The position numbers and the translations under genes are program-made. The notes under the pieces are model-generated. The model was not told the DNA's origin, did no database searches, and saw only the letters and a program-made list of their open reading frames with translations. Shown in pieces: positions 25,666 to 37,635 of a stretch of 64,000 nucleotides of DNA. Within the stretch, counting starts at the first letter, position 1. Each line of letters starts with the position of its first letter. The DNA comes from Octopus sinensis (Eukaryota): positions 12,338,001 through 12,402,000 of the forward strand of contig NC_043022.1 of assembly GCF_006345805.1 (NCBI RefSeq). The letters run 5' to 3'.

Positions 25666-25898
25666 TATTTCTTTATTGCCCACAAGGGGCTAAACACAGA
25701 GGGGACAAACAAGGAGAGACATAGGTATTAAGTCGATTACATCGACCCCAGTGCATAACTGGTACTTAATTTATCGACCCCGAAAGGATGAAAGGCAAAG
25801 TCGACCTCGGCGGAATTTGAACTCACAACGTAGCGGCAGACGAAATACCGCTAAGCATTTCCCACGGCGTGCTAACGTTTCTGCCAGCTCGCCACCTT
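25666..25898 (-). mobile_element. SINE family A inserted in a degenerate family B SINE (25360-25665)
   Basis: Full length; TSD TTAACGGCACA on both sides. Confidence 0.9.
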
Positions 25899-26728
25899 AA
25901 CGGCACAGCCATGCCTGCATTAACACCACACTTGCCAATGAAATGTATTCGCATTTATATACTTATACACACACACAACACACATATATATATATATGCA
26001 TACACACACGTATATATGTGTACACACATATATATATTTATATACATATGTGAGTGTGTGTGTATATATAAATATATACACATATAGATATATAGTTACA
26101 TACATATTAGTACTTATGTATATACACATATTATACACACCTAAGAAACACTTGCACACATACATACACACATGCATACATGTTTAGGTGAGTGAATGCA
26201 TGTGTGTGTGTGGAGTCTGTGTCATGAATACCAAATTATTATCATTATTATTATTATTATCTTTCTGCTTTTGTTTTTACTATATCATGATTAAATATTT
26301 CAATTGAGGAGAGGAGAGAGTTTGTACTGAAGGAATAAAAAGAAAAAAAATAGATAAAACCTGGAAAACAGCAACAACAACAACAACCATTAAACATTGT
26401 TTCTATAACAAAAATGACAAAAAGACAGTGCAAACAGCTCCTCGCTGATTAACTTCTGTTAATCACACAAATGGTTGTTGTTGTTCTTATTTGTGTTGTT
26501 GTTACTGCGGAAAGATGGCGTGTTTGTATTGGGAAGAAAATGGAATTAAATCTTAGGTTGAGTTTCAGTTATGCAGAAATGTGAGTAAAATGAAACCTGC
26601 TTTTTATTTGTTTATTTATTTATTTATTTAGTCATGGCTGTGTGATTAAGAAGTCTGTTTTCCAGCCACACAATTCCGTGTTCGGTGTCGCTGTGTAACA
26701 TTTTGCGGGCAGGTGTGAGTTCTACCAT

Positions 26729-27340
26729 AGCGGCGAGCTGGCAGAAACGTTAGCACGCCGGGCGAAATGCTTAGCGGTATTTCGTCTGCTGTTACGTTCT
26801 GAGTTCAAAATTCCGCCGAGGTCGACTTTGCCTTTCATCCTTTCGGGGGTCGATAAATTAAGTACCAGTTACACACTGGGGTCGGTCGATGTAATCGACT
26901 TAATACCTATGTCTGTCCTTGTTTGTCCCCTCTGTGTTTAGCCCCTTGTGGGTAATAAAGAAATAGGTATTTCGTCTGTCGTTACGTTGTGAGTTCAAAT
27001 TCCGCCGAGGTCGACTTTGCCTTTCATCCTTTCGGGGGTCGATAAATTAAGTACCAGTTACACACTGGGGTCGGTCGATGTAATCGACTTAATACCTATG
27101 TCTGTCCTTGTTTGTCCCCTCTGTGTTTAGCCCCTTGTGGGTAATAAAGAAATAGGTATTTCGTCTGTCGTTACGTTGTGAGTTCAAATTCCGCCGAGGT
27201 CGACTTTGCCTTTCATCCTTTTGGGGTCGATAAATTAAGTACCAGTTACGCACTGGGGGTCGATGTAATCGACTTAATACCTATGTCTGTCCTTGTTTGT
27301 CCCCTCTGTGTTTAGCCCCTTGTGGGTAATAAAGAAATAG
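26729..27340 (+). mobile_element. Head-to-tail trimer of SINE family A inside a family B SINE
   Basis: One full unit plus two head-truncated units joined at aaagaaatag|gtatttcgtc. A single imperfect TSD (gtgagttctaccatag / gtgtgttctaccgtag) surrounds the trimer. Confidence 0.9.
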
Positions 27341-27455
27341 GTGTGTTCTACCGTAGCCTTGAGTTGACCAAAGCTTTGTGAGTGGAATTGCTACACAAAA
27401 CCTAAAAGAATTCCCCCCACACACGCACACACAAACAAACATACATACACACACA

Positions 27456-28330
27456 TCTAATATAATAAATGCAAAAACTAATTTCTGTGTGTCAGTGTGT
27501 TACACTTTGATTCCCTCTCTCACTATTCAATGATACTTCTACTATTCCTCATGATGAAATGAGAGTAATAGTAGGCATATAGAGGGTAAGGGTGGTGGTG
27601 AAGACAGAGAGAGAGAGAAAAGTGAGGGAGAGAAAGAGAGACAAAGAAATTTGGGGAGAGTTGATGATGTTTTATTAAAAATAATAGTGTTGATGGTGGC
27701 AGTGGGAGTAATAATAAGAGAGAATGAAAGAGGGAGACGATGTATAACTTTGTTTAACCATGTCTCTTTGACAAATTCCTGTGGCCAACATACTGAACCA
27801 GCATACTGAACACTCTCATTTTTGTTTTATTTTTTGCTTTCTTCAATACACACATAAATACACTTTAATTGAAATAAAGTTTCCCCAAAATTAAATACAT
27901 CTAATATAATAAATGTGAATGTGTCACACATTTTCAATTTTAATAAATCCTTTCTACTGGAAACACAAGGCCTCACATTTTGGGGGAAGGGATTAAGTTG
28001 ATTACATCAATCCCAGTGCATAACTGGTACTAATTTTATCGACTCCAAAAAGATAAACAACAAAGTCGACTTTGGCGGAATTTGAACTCAAAACCTAACG
28101 GCAGACGAAATACCACTAAGCACTTCACCCAGCATGCTAGTGATTCTGCCAGCTCACTACCGTGATATAATATAATAAATGTGAATGTCAGTGTGTCAGA
28201 CTTTTTCAACTTTACTCCTAGAGGCCGTAGCCCAACATATCATACCATTTTGGAATCAGGCTGACTCCATGAGTAAATTTAAAAGATTCTGGGCAAAATC
28301 CAGATTCTCAATCCTGAAATTTTGGATTCC
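27456..28330 (+). mobile_element. Three Helitron-like 5' fragments (TCTAATATAATAAATG...), with a family A SINE at 27955-28160 (-)
   Basis: taatataataaatg..tgtgtca recurs at about 27456, 27899 and 28168. Confidence 0.4.
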
Positions 28331-28439
28331 TAAGTTTCCATTACTGTGATTGTTTACAGCGATTTTTTTTACATGACTTTTTGTGACAAGTATTTCTTAT
28401 ATGATAACAATTTTTATAATCTAAAGGCTAACTCCGTCA

Positions 28440-28620
28440 GTAAATTAAAAACATTACTTTAAATATAACACAGAATTTAGTAAAATAACTTAGTCATCAT
28501 TCAGCTAGTGTTAGGAACATAAAGGTTTGGTGGAAGATTTTAATTCAAATCTTATGAAAACAAGGCATTTGTACTCAGAGCCAGAGCCGGTTTCAGCCAG
28601 GTTGGTAACGAAAGGGTTAA
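28440..28620 (-). mobile_element. One end of a TTAA-flanked MITE
   Basis: Ends in ggtaacgaaagggTTAA. Confidence 0.55.
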
Positions 28621-29119
28621 ACATGACCACATTGGACAGTGTAGTCTTAAATATACTATTTTACAAAAAAACAAGAAGGTTTCTAAATATAGGTTTTGTC
28701 TATTTGATCAAGGCTGAACTGGAATTAAGCAACAACAACAAAAACAAAATCAGCTTGACGCTATAACAGTTCTAGAGTTATCTTTCCTTCGAACCAACTG
28801 TTTAGAGGCAAAGACCTCAATGTTGACACAACGCAACAGATATTTACAGAACTGTGTTTAGCTACACTTAATGTTATCTTTTGTAGCTTAGATTTATAGT
28901 TTAGTTAATAATAATGTCAGTGAAAACTTTAAAATATTTATTGCAATTGTCGCCATCGTTCATTGCAATCAACACACATAAAGCGCCATCTATTGATCAG
29001 TGAGAAAATTAATTTCTCTACTTGAGACTGTCATATTGAAATTGCAAATTAAAATAATGATCTCACACTGGAAATATCATTATGGACTTTCATATTTTCC
29101 CTTCCGTTTTGACAAGTTA

Positions 29120-29493
29120 TTGTCATTTAAGTATATATATATGTGTATTTGTGTTTGTGGTGTGTATGTATGTGTGAATGTATGTGTATATGCTTATGTG
29201 GATGTAGGGTTGTGTATGAATGTATTTGTGTATGGATGTTTCTAAATGTATGTAGATGAGCCTAAGTGTCTGTATGAATCTTTCTGTATGCGTATATGCA
29301 TGAATGTTTTTCTGTATGTATGTATTTCTGTGCACATATACATATATCTATATTTATATATGCATGTGTGTGTTATGCATTTCTATGTAGGTATGTTTAT
29401 ATTCATGTATAGAAACATATATGCATTTTAAATATGTATATATGTATTTATATACATATACATATATGTATACAAGAATATATATATGTATGC

Positions 29494-29543
<50 letters not shown>

Positions 29544-29888
29544 GTATGGTGCCCCAGCATAGCCACAGGTTGAAACATATAATAGAATATGTATATATGT
29601 ATGTATGTGTGTGTGTATGTATATATATATATGTATATAAGTATGTGTATATATATGTCTGTGTGTATATGTATGTCTGTATATATACATATATACACAT
29701 ATATATGTATATATGTATATATGTATGTGTGTGTGTATATATGTGTGTATGTACATATGTATATATGTATGTATATTTTATATATATATTATGTATATGT
29801 ATGAATATATATATATATACATGTATGTATGTATTTATTACATATATGGAGATGTATTCATAATTTTTATATACAAATACACACACAA

Positions 29889-29920
<32 letters not shown>
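29120..29920. repeat. Degenerate (TA/TG/CA) microsatellite field
   Basis: Direct inspection. Confidence 0.9.
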
Positions 29921-29921
<1 letters not shown>

Positions 29922-30381
29922 CATGTGACCATCACCTACCAAATTCTATTATTATAAACCCACCACATTATATTTTGTTTATTTTCCCAACCACCACTCA
30001 CTCTTTCAGTATTGCAACAACTAGCTTTGTTATTGTTATCTAAACTAGCTTTGTTATTGGCATTTAACCACAGGTCACCACCGATCCATCTGACCTATGA
30101 TTAAACACATTCCAGTCATGATCAGTCCACCCTTTTGACATGTCTAGAAGTACATTGTGAATTTTGTTTAAGATGACAGGATGTAATTTCAAAGAGATTT
30201 AGCTGGTGTTTCTAGGGGATCAGGTTACCAGATAAATGCCGCTCTCATTGACTCATTCCACAAAGCTAATTGCATGACCTAGTGACCTAAAGACAAAGGT
30301 ACATTTCCTGTTGATGTAGACAGATAAAATCTACTACAACCCCATTCTAACAACACTTCCAACCACTCAGTCTAAATATCT

Positions 30382-30975
30382 ATTTCTTTATTGCCCACAG
30401 GGGGCTAAACATAGAGGGGACAAACAAGGACAGACAAAGGGATTAAGTCGATTATATCGACCCCAGTGATTTACTGGTACTTATTTAATCGACCCCGAAA
30501 GGATGAAAGGCAAAGTCGACCTCGGCGGAATTTGAACTCAGAACGTAACGGCAGTCGAAATACCTATTTCTTTATTGCCCACAGGGGGTTAAACATAGAG
30601 GGGGCAAACAAGGACAGACAAGGGGATTAAGTCGATTATATCGACCCCAATGATTTACTGGTACTAAATTTATCGCCCCCGAAAGGATGAAAGGCAAAGT
30701 CGACCTTGGCGGAATTTGAACTCAAAACGTAACAACAGACGAAATACCTATTTCTTTACTACCCACAAGGGCCTAAACACAGAGGGGACAAACAAGGACA
30801 GACACACGGATTGAGTCGATTAGATCGACCCCAGTGCGTAACTGGTACTTAATTTATCGACCTCGAAAGGATGAAAGGCAAAGTCGACCTCGGCAGAATT
30901 TGAACTCAGAACGTAACGACAGACGAAATACCGCTAGGCATTTCGCCCGGCGTGCTAACGTTTCTGCCAGCTCAC
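30382..30975 (-). mobile_element. Head-to-tail trimer of SINE family A
   Basis: Two junctions gaaatac|ctatttcttt, the reverse complement of the junction in the 26729 trimer. Confidence 0.9.
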
Positions 30976-31209
30976 TGTCTTGAGAAAGAAAAGACACATT
31001 AGATAACATGTATGATCTTACAACTCCTACAAAGATGGGTTTGCCATGACTGAACGATCGTTATTTGTTTGTTTTCTCAGGGCTGAACTGAGGTTAAAAA
31101 ACAACCACTACAACAACAGTGTCTTCAAATCTGAGGGTATAATTAAAAACAATAGCAACGAGCAACAAGAATGAAGTGGGAACAACATAAATAAAACTAC
31201 AGTATACAC

Positions 31210-31738
31210 CAGTGCTTTTCAACCTTTTTGCTGGAGCGGAACCCCAAGGAATCATTCCACTGGCTCGAGGAACACCTGTGCAATAATTTAATAGTCGGCA
31301 ATCTTTCGTCTCTAGTAGACCTTTCCGTCGATTTCCGTAAAAAAATTTTTTTTTTTTACATATGTGCTTGCGGGAACTTTTGAAGTAATGAGAGCGAAAG
31401 AGACTAAGAGAAAGCGATTGTATGACGAAGGAAGTTCTTTTGAAGTTACCGTCCAGGGGAGCATTGATGGACATGTGTGTGTGTGTTTGATGGGGTGCGG
31501 GAGACAGACAGTATGTTGTGTAAGTGAAGTGCTTCTGTTAGTGTGTGTGAAGAGACAGAGAGTAATGTGTGAAAGAGAGAGATAACTGAAATTTTTTACT
31601 CGGTGTATGTGTATATGTATGTATATTACTTCAGAAGTTCCCGCAAGCCCATATGTAAAAAAAAAAAAAAAATTTTTACGGAAATCGACGGAAAGGTCTA
31701 CTAGAGACGAAAGATCGCCTCCTGGTTGAAAACCACTG
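31210..31738. mobile_element. Non-autonomous hAT element with a long internal inverted repeat
   Basis: TIR CAGTGCTTTTCAACC / GGTTGAAAACCACTG, 8-bp TSD GTATACAC/GTATACGA, and an ~90-bp IR at 31298-31388 / 31625-31719. Confidence 0.8.
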
Positions 31739-31764
31739 GTATACGACATTACATTATATCACAC

Positions 31765-32090
31765 TTCACGACATAACGGTGACGCTCTGTCGGCTACGAC
31801 GACGAGGGTTTCAGTTGATCCGATCAACAGAACGTCCTGATTGGGAAATTAACGTGCAAGTGGCTGAGCACTCCACAGACATGCGTGTATTTAATGTAGT
31901 TCTCAGGGAGATTCAGCTTGGCAGAGGATGAAACAAGGCCGGTCCTTTGAAATACAGGTACTACTCATTTTAAACTAGCTGTGTGGATATTTTTTAACTA
32001 GCAACGTGAAGTAAAGAGTCTTTTTCAAGAACACAATACGTCGTCGGGAATCGAACTCACAACCTTGCGATCGTGAGCCGAATACCCTGG
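31765..32090 (-). mobile_element. tRNA-derived CORE-like SINE (related to 58320-58620)
   Basis: gggaatcgaactcacaacc (B box on the minus strand), caagaacacaa, tttgaaatacaggtactactcatt. Confidence 0.7.
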
Positions 32091-33490
32091 CCTTCAGTAC
32101 ACAACACCACCATATAATACAACAACAGCAACACTACATTACACAATACTACACCACAACTGAGCATCACACTGCATCACAACAGAACAGAACTACACCG
32201 CCATTTGACTCATGAGGCCTTGGGGCAAATGTGCAGTGTGTGTATGCCTTAAAAGACGGCACTGCATCCCACTACACAACACCACAGTACCCTATACCAC
32301 AACATCATTCTGCACCACTCTAGACCATACTACAGAACAATCATTACATCGTACTAAACAACGCCACAACATTACACTTGAGTTACAGTAGTGAAAACCA
32401 TGCACTATGATATCTCACAACTCTGTATTTCAGCTGATGTTACAAACGGTTTTCTAACCGTTTGTAACATCAGCTGTTTTATCACAGAACACTCGCGTAG
32501 AAGATAACACAAAGACACATGTATTGGTATTTCTGGGCACATCCTTGTCTGAGTGAATGAGTGAGTTAGAGAGAGAGAGAGAGGGAGAGAGTGCGTGTGT
32601 GTAGTCATATGTCCAGGGTGGGCCAAAAGGCACGCACCAAAACATTTGACATTTTATTTATATTACGTTTTAATGCTATTGTTTATTTTGTTTATCGTGG
32701 GTATTCACCATTATTTGATTTATTCTATTCAACTTTAGAAAAACTGAAGCATGTATTTGACAATTCCGGGGCATATTGAACTTAGTGTCGCGCGCACGTG
32801 TATATGTGTGTCTAAATAAACGGATCTAGGTTCATATTTCCGGCAAAGTGTTCAATTGGCGATTACTTAATGAACATGTAAATGGCTGAGTATTATTAGG
32901 ACACTTGTACCCTGAAGTACCCTGAATGCAATTTTCAGTGTGACAAGGACTGGACATTAAAATTAGATACAATACACCCGCTGAGTTTTCTTTCTATCTT
33001 AAGCAAAAGACAAAGATACTTGTCCAAGATGCAACTCCGAGATCTGATAATTGCAAAGCCGCCTTCTTAACCATTTGGCCATACTGCCTCTGTGTGTGCG
33101 TACGTGTGCTTGTATGTGTATACACAACGCTTTCCAAATATTGCACCGTGTTGTAGGCTTGGTTGAACAAATCGACCCCATAACTGATTTTAAGTCAAGC
33201 GGTGTAGGAATTAACAAAAACACGCATGCGCACATACGATGGGCTTCCATACAGTTTCCGTCTACTAAATTCACCCAAGAGGCACTGGTTGGTCTGGGGC
33301 TATAACAGAAGACAATAACACAATTGTCCCACGTGGTATGGAGTGTGACATAAGCCGAAACCGCGAACTTGTTAAACACACATAGTTATACCAGCGCCTA
33401 TTCTATGTATGTGTGTGTGTGTATAATTGAAAACAAAAATTGAATATACCATAACTGTATTTAACTATATGTATGTATGTATGTTTATAT

Positions 33491-33524
<34 letters not shown>

Positions 33525-33529
33525 ATAAC

Positions 33530-33905
33530 AAAGGGTAAAAATTTATTAATTAAGAAGTAATCAGTAATTTCACCAAGTAGAATTCGGTATGCAAAGGACC
33601 AATTCATGGTAAGTTTAAGTAATACTATACAATTAGAGTTCAGCAACGATTTGCTTCACCACAGACCGAAGTTTAGAAATAGCAGTCAAAAATCTTAGCT
33701 ATTCCTTCTACTTTAAAGGGAGTTCCCAGAAAAACCAAAGCACTTGAAAACAAACCAAGCAGGCAAAAGGGAAAAAATGACGAAAATCATTCTATATTAG
33801 GTTACCTACGGACGCGCGTTTCGGAATTAAGTCAGTATAAAGTATAAATAATAAATAATTATACCTTACCCGACTATTTTCGTCTCTCCAGCGTAGGATT
33901 CCTCA
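33530..33905 (-). mobile_element. Penelope pseudo-LTR-like fragment carrying a hammerhead-like motif
   Basis: Microsatellite-bounded block containing the hammerhead motif at 33805-33897. Confidence 0.45.
33805..33897 (-). ncRNA. Type-I hammerhead ribozyme-like motif (A6G core variant)
   Basis: CCTACG-CTGGAGA-[~60 nt extended helix II]-GAAA-CGCGCG-TC-CGTAGG. Helix I is a perfect 6 bp, helix III is palindromic, and the triplet is GUC. Confidence 0.55.
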
Positions 33906-34396
33906 ATATATATATATATATATATATATGTGTAAAACTTACTTGGAAAAGGATGCATGGTGTTCGATCATATAATAATATATAAATATATGCATATATA
34001 CATACATATATGTACATACATACATCTATATGTATATATACATGCATATATGGGTACAGAACATAAAAAAAAAAACGTTGAACACAATGAGAAACGAAAA
34101 CATAAAAACAAAAACATGGAAACGAACTTTTTTTCAAACAACGAAAAAACAGAGTACAAGACATACAACAGAAGGAATATTCCCCTTCTTCAGTTGTCCC
34201 TGTTTCATCTACTCCGCGTTTCGAATATAGGATAAGAGGAGTTTTTGTCAGGATGACTCAAACTAATAGGTATGCGTTCTGAGTGCTCAAATAAGTGTGC
34301 CACCAAAATTCCAGTTACAGCTGTAGTTGAAGTTGTGGTTATGTAATTGTCTTGTTCAAAAAACGGCTAGAGATGACATCCCCTTGAGTCAGTAGG

Positions 34397-34485
34397 TATA
34401 GGTTAAAGTAGTGAGGAAAGGCAAACAATTAGTTCTTGTCCTGTATCGCCTAATCGTTCGCCTTTCCTCGCTACTTTAACCTATA
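34397..34485. repeat. 36-bp-stem hairpin with a 17-nt loop
   Basis: tataggttaaagtagtgaggaaaggcaaacaattag / ctaatcgttcgcctttcctcgctactttaacctata, with 3 non-Watson-Crick positions. Confidence 0.9.
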
Positions 34486-34522
34486 TATATTTATATGTGT
34501 GTGTGTGTGCGTGTATGTATGT

Positions 34523-34554
<32 letters not shown>

Positions 34555-34740
34555 CATGATCGAACGCTAGCCACTGAAGCCTGTTTTTATTCTCGCTCTT
34601 TATTTTCTCGTGTTTCTTTCTGTTGAAGAGCGTAGGCTTGAAACATAACAGACTTTCTCACCTTCCCGAGCGTTAAATACACCTGTTTGTTTTTTTATAC
34701 GCCTGTCTTCGTCTTTTGTTTGTTTGTAGATTTCAACTAT

Positions 34741-34807
<67 letters not shown>

Positions 34808-34899
34808 GGTAAGTTATAAGAGATTTCTCGTAACGTATTAAGCTGTATTTAAATCAAAATTCATAAAATGCCACTTCATCATACTCCATATACATAGAT

Positions 34900-34934
<35 letters not shown>

Positions 34935-36084
34935 AGTATATACATAGGTGCCAAAGAAGGTGGAAGCAATAGTACTCGAATACGGAAGGTAGAGTGGACA
35001 AAGGAAAGTTTGCACGCGTGCACGTGTGAGAAAGAGAGGAGGAGAATAAAACAGAACTTGTGTCCCCTTTTGACCTGGTCCCAGCTGATATACCGGCACT
35101 AAGGGTAATCCGCTGAATCTTTGAAAATTTGTTCAAGGACTTCCCAAATTCATCATTGTTTTAACGATGAGAAAAAGTCAAATATTGAACTCGGATATTT
35201 CAAGATATCTCTAACATTCCACCAATTCACCACCCCGAGAACTGGGTAGATATTCCATTTATTGATTGACCCCACAAACAGTAAAAAAAACAAAATTGAC
35301 CTAGGTAAGATTTGAACTCAGGATGTAAAGAGACAGAACAACTTATTTAGTGCTACACTTTAACGACTCAACAAATCCGACGCGCGCGCGCATGTATGTA
35401 TGTATGTATGTATGTATCTTTGTATGTATGTATGCATGTGTGTATGTATGTATGCATGTGTGTATGTATATATGCATGTATGTATGTATGCATGTATGTA
35501 TGTATCTTTGTATCTATGTATGTATGTATCTGTGTATGTATGTATGCATGTATATATGTATGCATGTATGTATGTATCTTTGTATGTATGTATGTATCTT
35601 TGTATGTATGTATATGTATGTATGTGTTCACACGCGAACACATAAATGTATATATGTCGGCCTAACTACGGATATGTTTGCTCCGCCCTGACTTTTGTTT
35701 CTTTATAACTTTCTGAAAAATCCTTTTTTTTAATGAAATTTTCACAGATACATTTTAGATGCTGTACATTACCTGTACATGGGAATTTGTTGCGAAAAAA
35801 AAGTACTTTTCGGAGAGGCAGGGGAAAAGTTTATGATAATCCACGTACCTTTGATTTGTTTCCTCATAACTTTATGAAAAGTGATTATTTCTTTTTAATG
35901 AAATTTTCTACAAATTTATTTCAGATTGTATACATTAAGATTATGTAGGAATTTGATTTTAAAAATGGGTAAAAAAAAATTGGTGGTGGCGGTGGTCGGA
36001 CAATTCACACATTTCGACTTTGTTTCCTCATACGTTTTGATGAATTATTCCCCGTCCCATATTTTTTAAAAAACAATATATACT

Positions 36085-36295
36085 CTTTACTCTTTTACTT
36101 GTTTCAGTCATTTGACTGCGGCCATGCTGGAGCACCGCCTTTAGTCGAGCAAATCGACCCCGGGACTTATTCTTTGTAAGCCCAGTACTTATTCTATCGG
36201 TCTCTTTTGCCGAGCCGCTAAGTGACGGAGACGTAAACACACCAGCATCGGTTGTCAAGCAATGCTAGGGGGACAAACACAAACACACAAACACA

Positions 36296-36363
<68 letters not shown>

Positions 36364-36445
36364 TACGACAGGCTTCTTTCAGTTTCCGTCTACCAAATCC
36401 ACTCACAAGGCATTGGTCGGCCCGGGGCTATAGCAGAAGACGATA
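36085..36445 (-). mobile_element. SINE family B, 5'-truncated, with internal (TA)n
   Basis: Young, CpG-retaining copy. Confidence 0.9.
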
Positions 36446-36804
36446 TCCCAACGATTAATCGTAATTGTCACCACCCGAAGCGTATTTGTTGAAAATATTT
36501 CTAAGAATTATCCATTTTTTCAGAAAGTTACGAGGAAATAAAACCGGGAAGGCGCAGATGTCACTAACTATACCTGTATTATATATATATATATATATAT
36601 ATACACGCACACATACACATTGATTAATTATAAGATGCATTAGGGTCTAGGTACGTTAACAACACGTAGGACACCAGAATTGGATGGGGACAATAACATA
36701 GGGTTCACAGTAATGTAAAACAAACAAAGTATCGTGTTTTGGCAGGATACAGTGAATATGAAAGTACCAAATCCAAGTCGGTTGGTTCTAGGTGCAACGT
36801 TCTT

Positions 36805-36826
36805 TACATACATACATACACATACA

Positions 36827-36858
<32 letters not shown>

Positions 36859-37260
36859 ATACATACATACATACATACACACATACACACACACACACAT
36901 ACATACATACATACACACATACATACATACATACACAGACATACATACATGCATACATACATACATACATACACACACATACACACACACACACATACAT
37001 ACATACATACATACACACATACATACATACACACACATACACACATACATCATACATACATACACACACTAACATACATCATACATACATACATACACAC
37101 ACATACATACATACATACACACACATACATACACACATACATACACACATACACACACATACATACACACATACATACATACATCATACACACACACATA
37201 CATACACATACACACATACATACACACACACACACATACATACACACACAAACATACATA
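36805..37260. repeat. (CATA)n/(CA)n compound microsatellite
   Basis: Direct inspection. Confidence 0.95.
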
Positions 37261-37348
37261 CAGGTGCGTGTTTATGTATGTATATTCCCTGTTACTTATT
37301 TTAGTCATTTGGCTACAGGCATACTTGAGGATGTCTTGATCGATTATA

Positions 37349-37391
<43 letters not shown>

Positions 37392-37432
37392 ATTAAGTGT
37401 GTGTGTGTACGTATATGTATGTATACAGACAT

Positions 37433-37604
37433 GCGTAGGAGTGGCTGTGTGGTAAGTAGCTTGCTTACCAACCACATGGTTCCGGGTTCAGTCCCACTGC
37501 GTGGCACCTTGGGCAAGTGTCTTCTACTATAGCCTCGGGCCGACCAAAGCCTTGTGAGTGGATTTGGTAGACGGAAACTGAAAGAAGCCCGTCGTATATA
37601 TGTA

Positions 37605-37635
<31 letters not shown>

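Noticed and set aside
26729-27340. CRISPR-like repeat/spacer array
   Set aside because: The sequence is eukaryotic, the repeats are whole SINE units without unique spacers, and there are no cas genes.
37433-37500. tRNA genes
   Set aside because: The A/B-box-like sequences are SINE heads; no complete cloverleaf was found.
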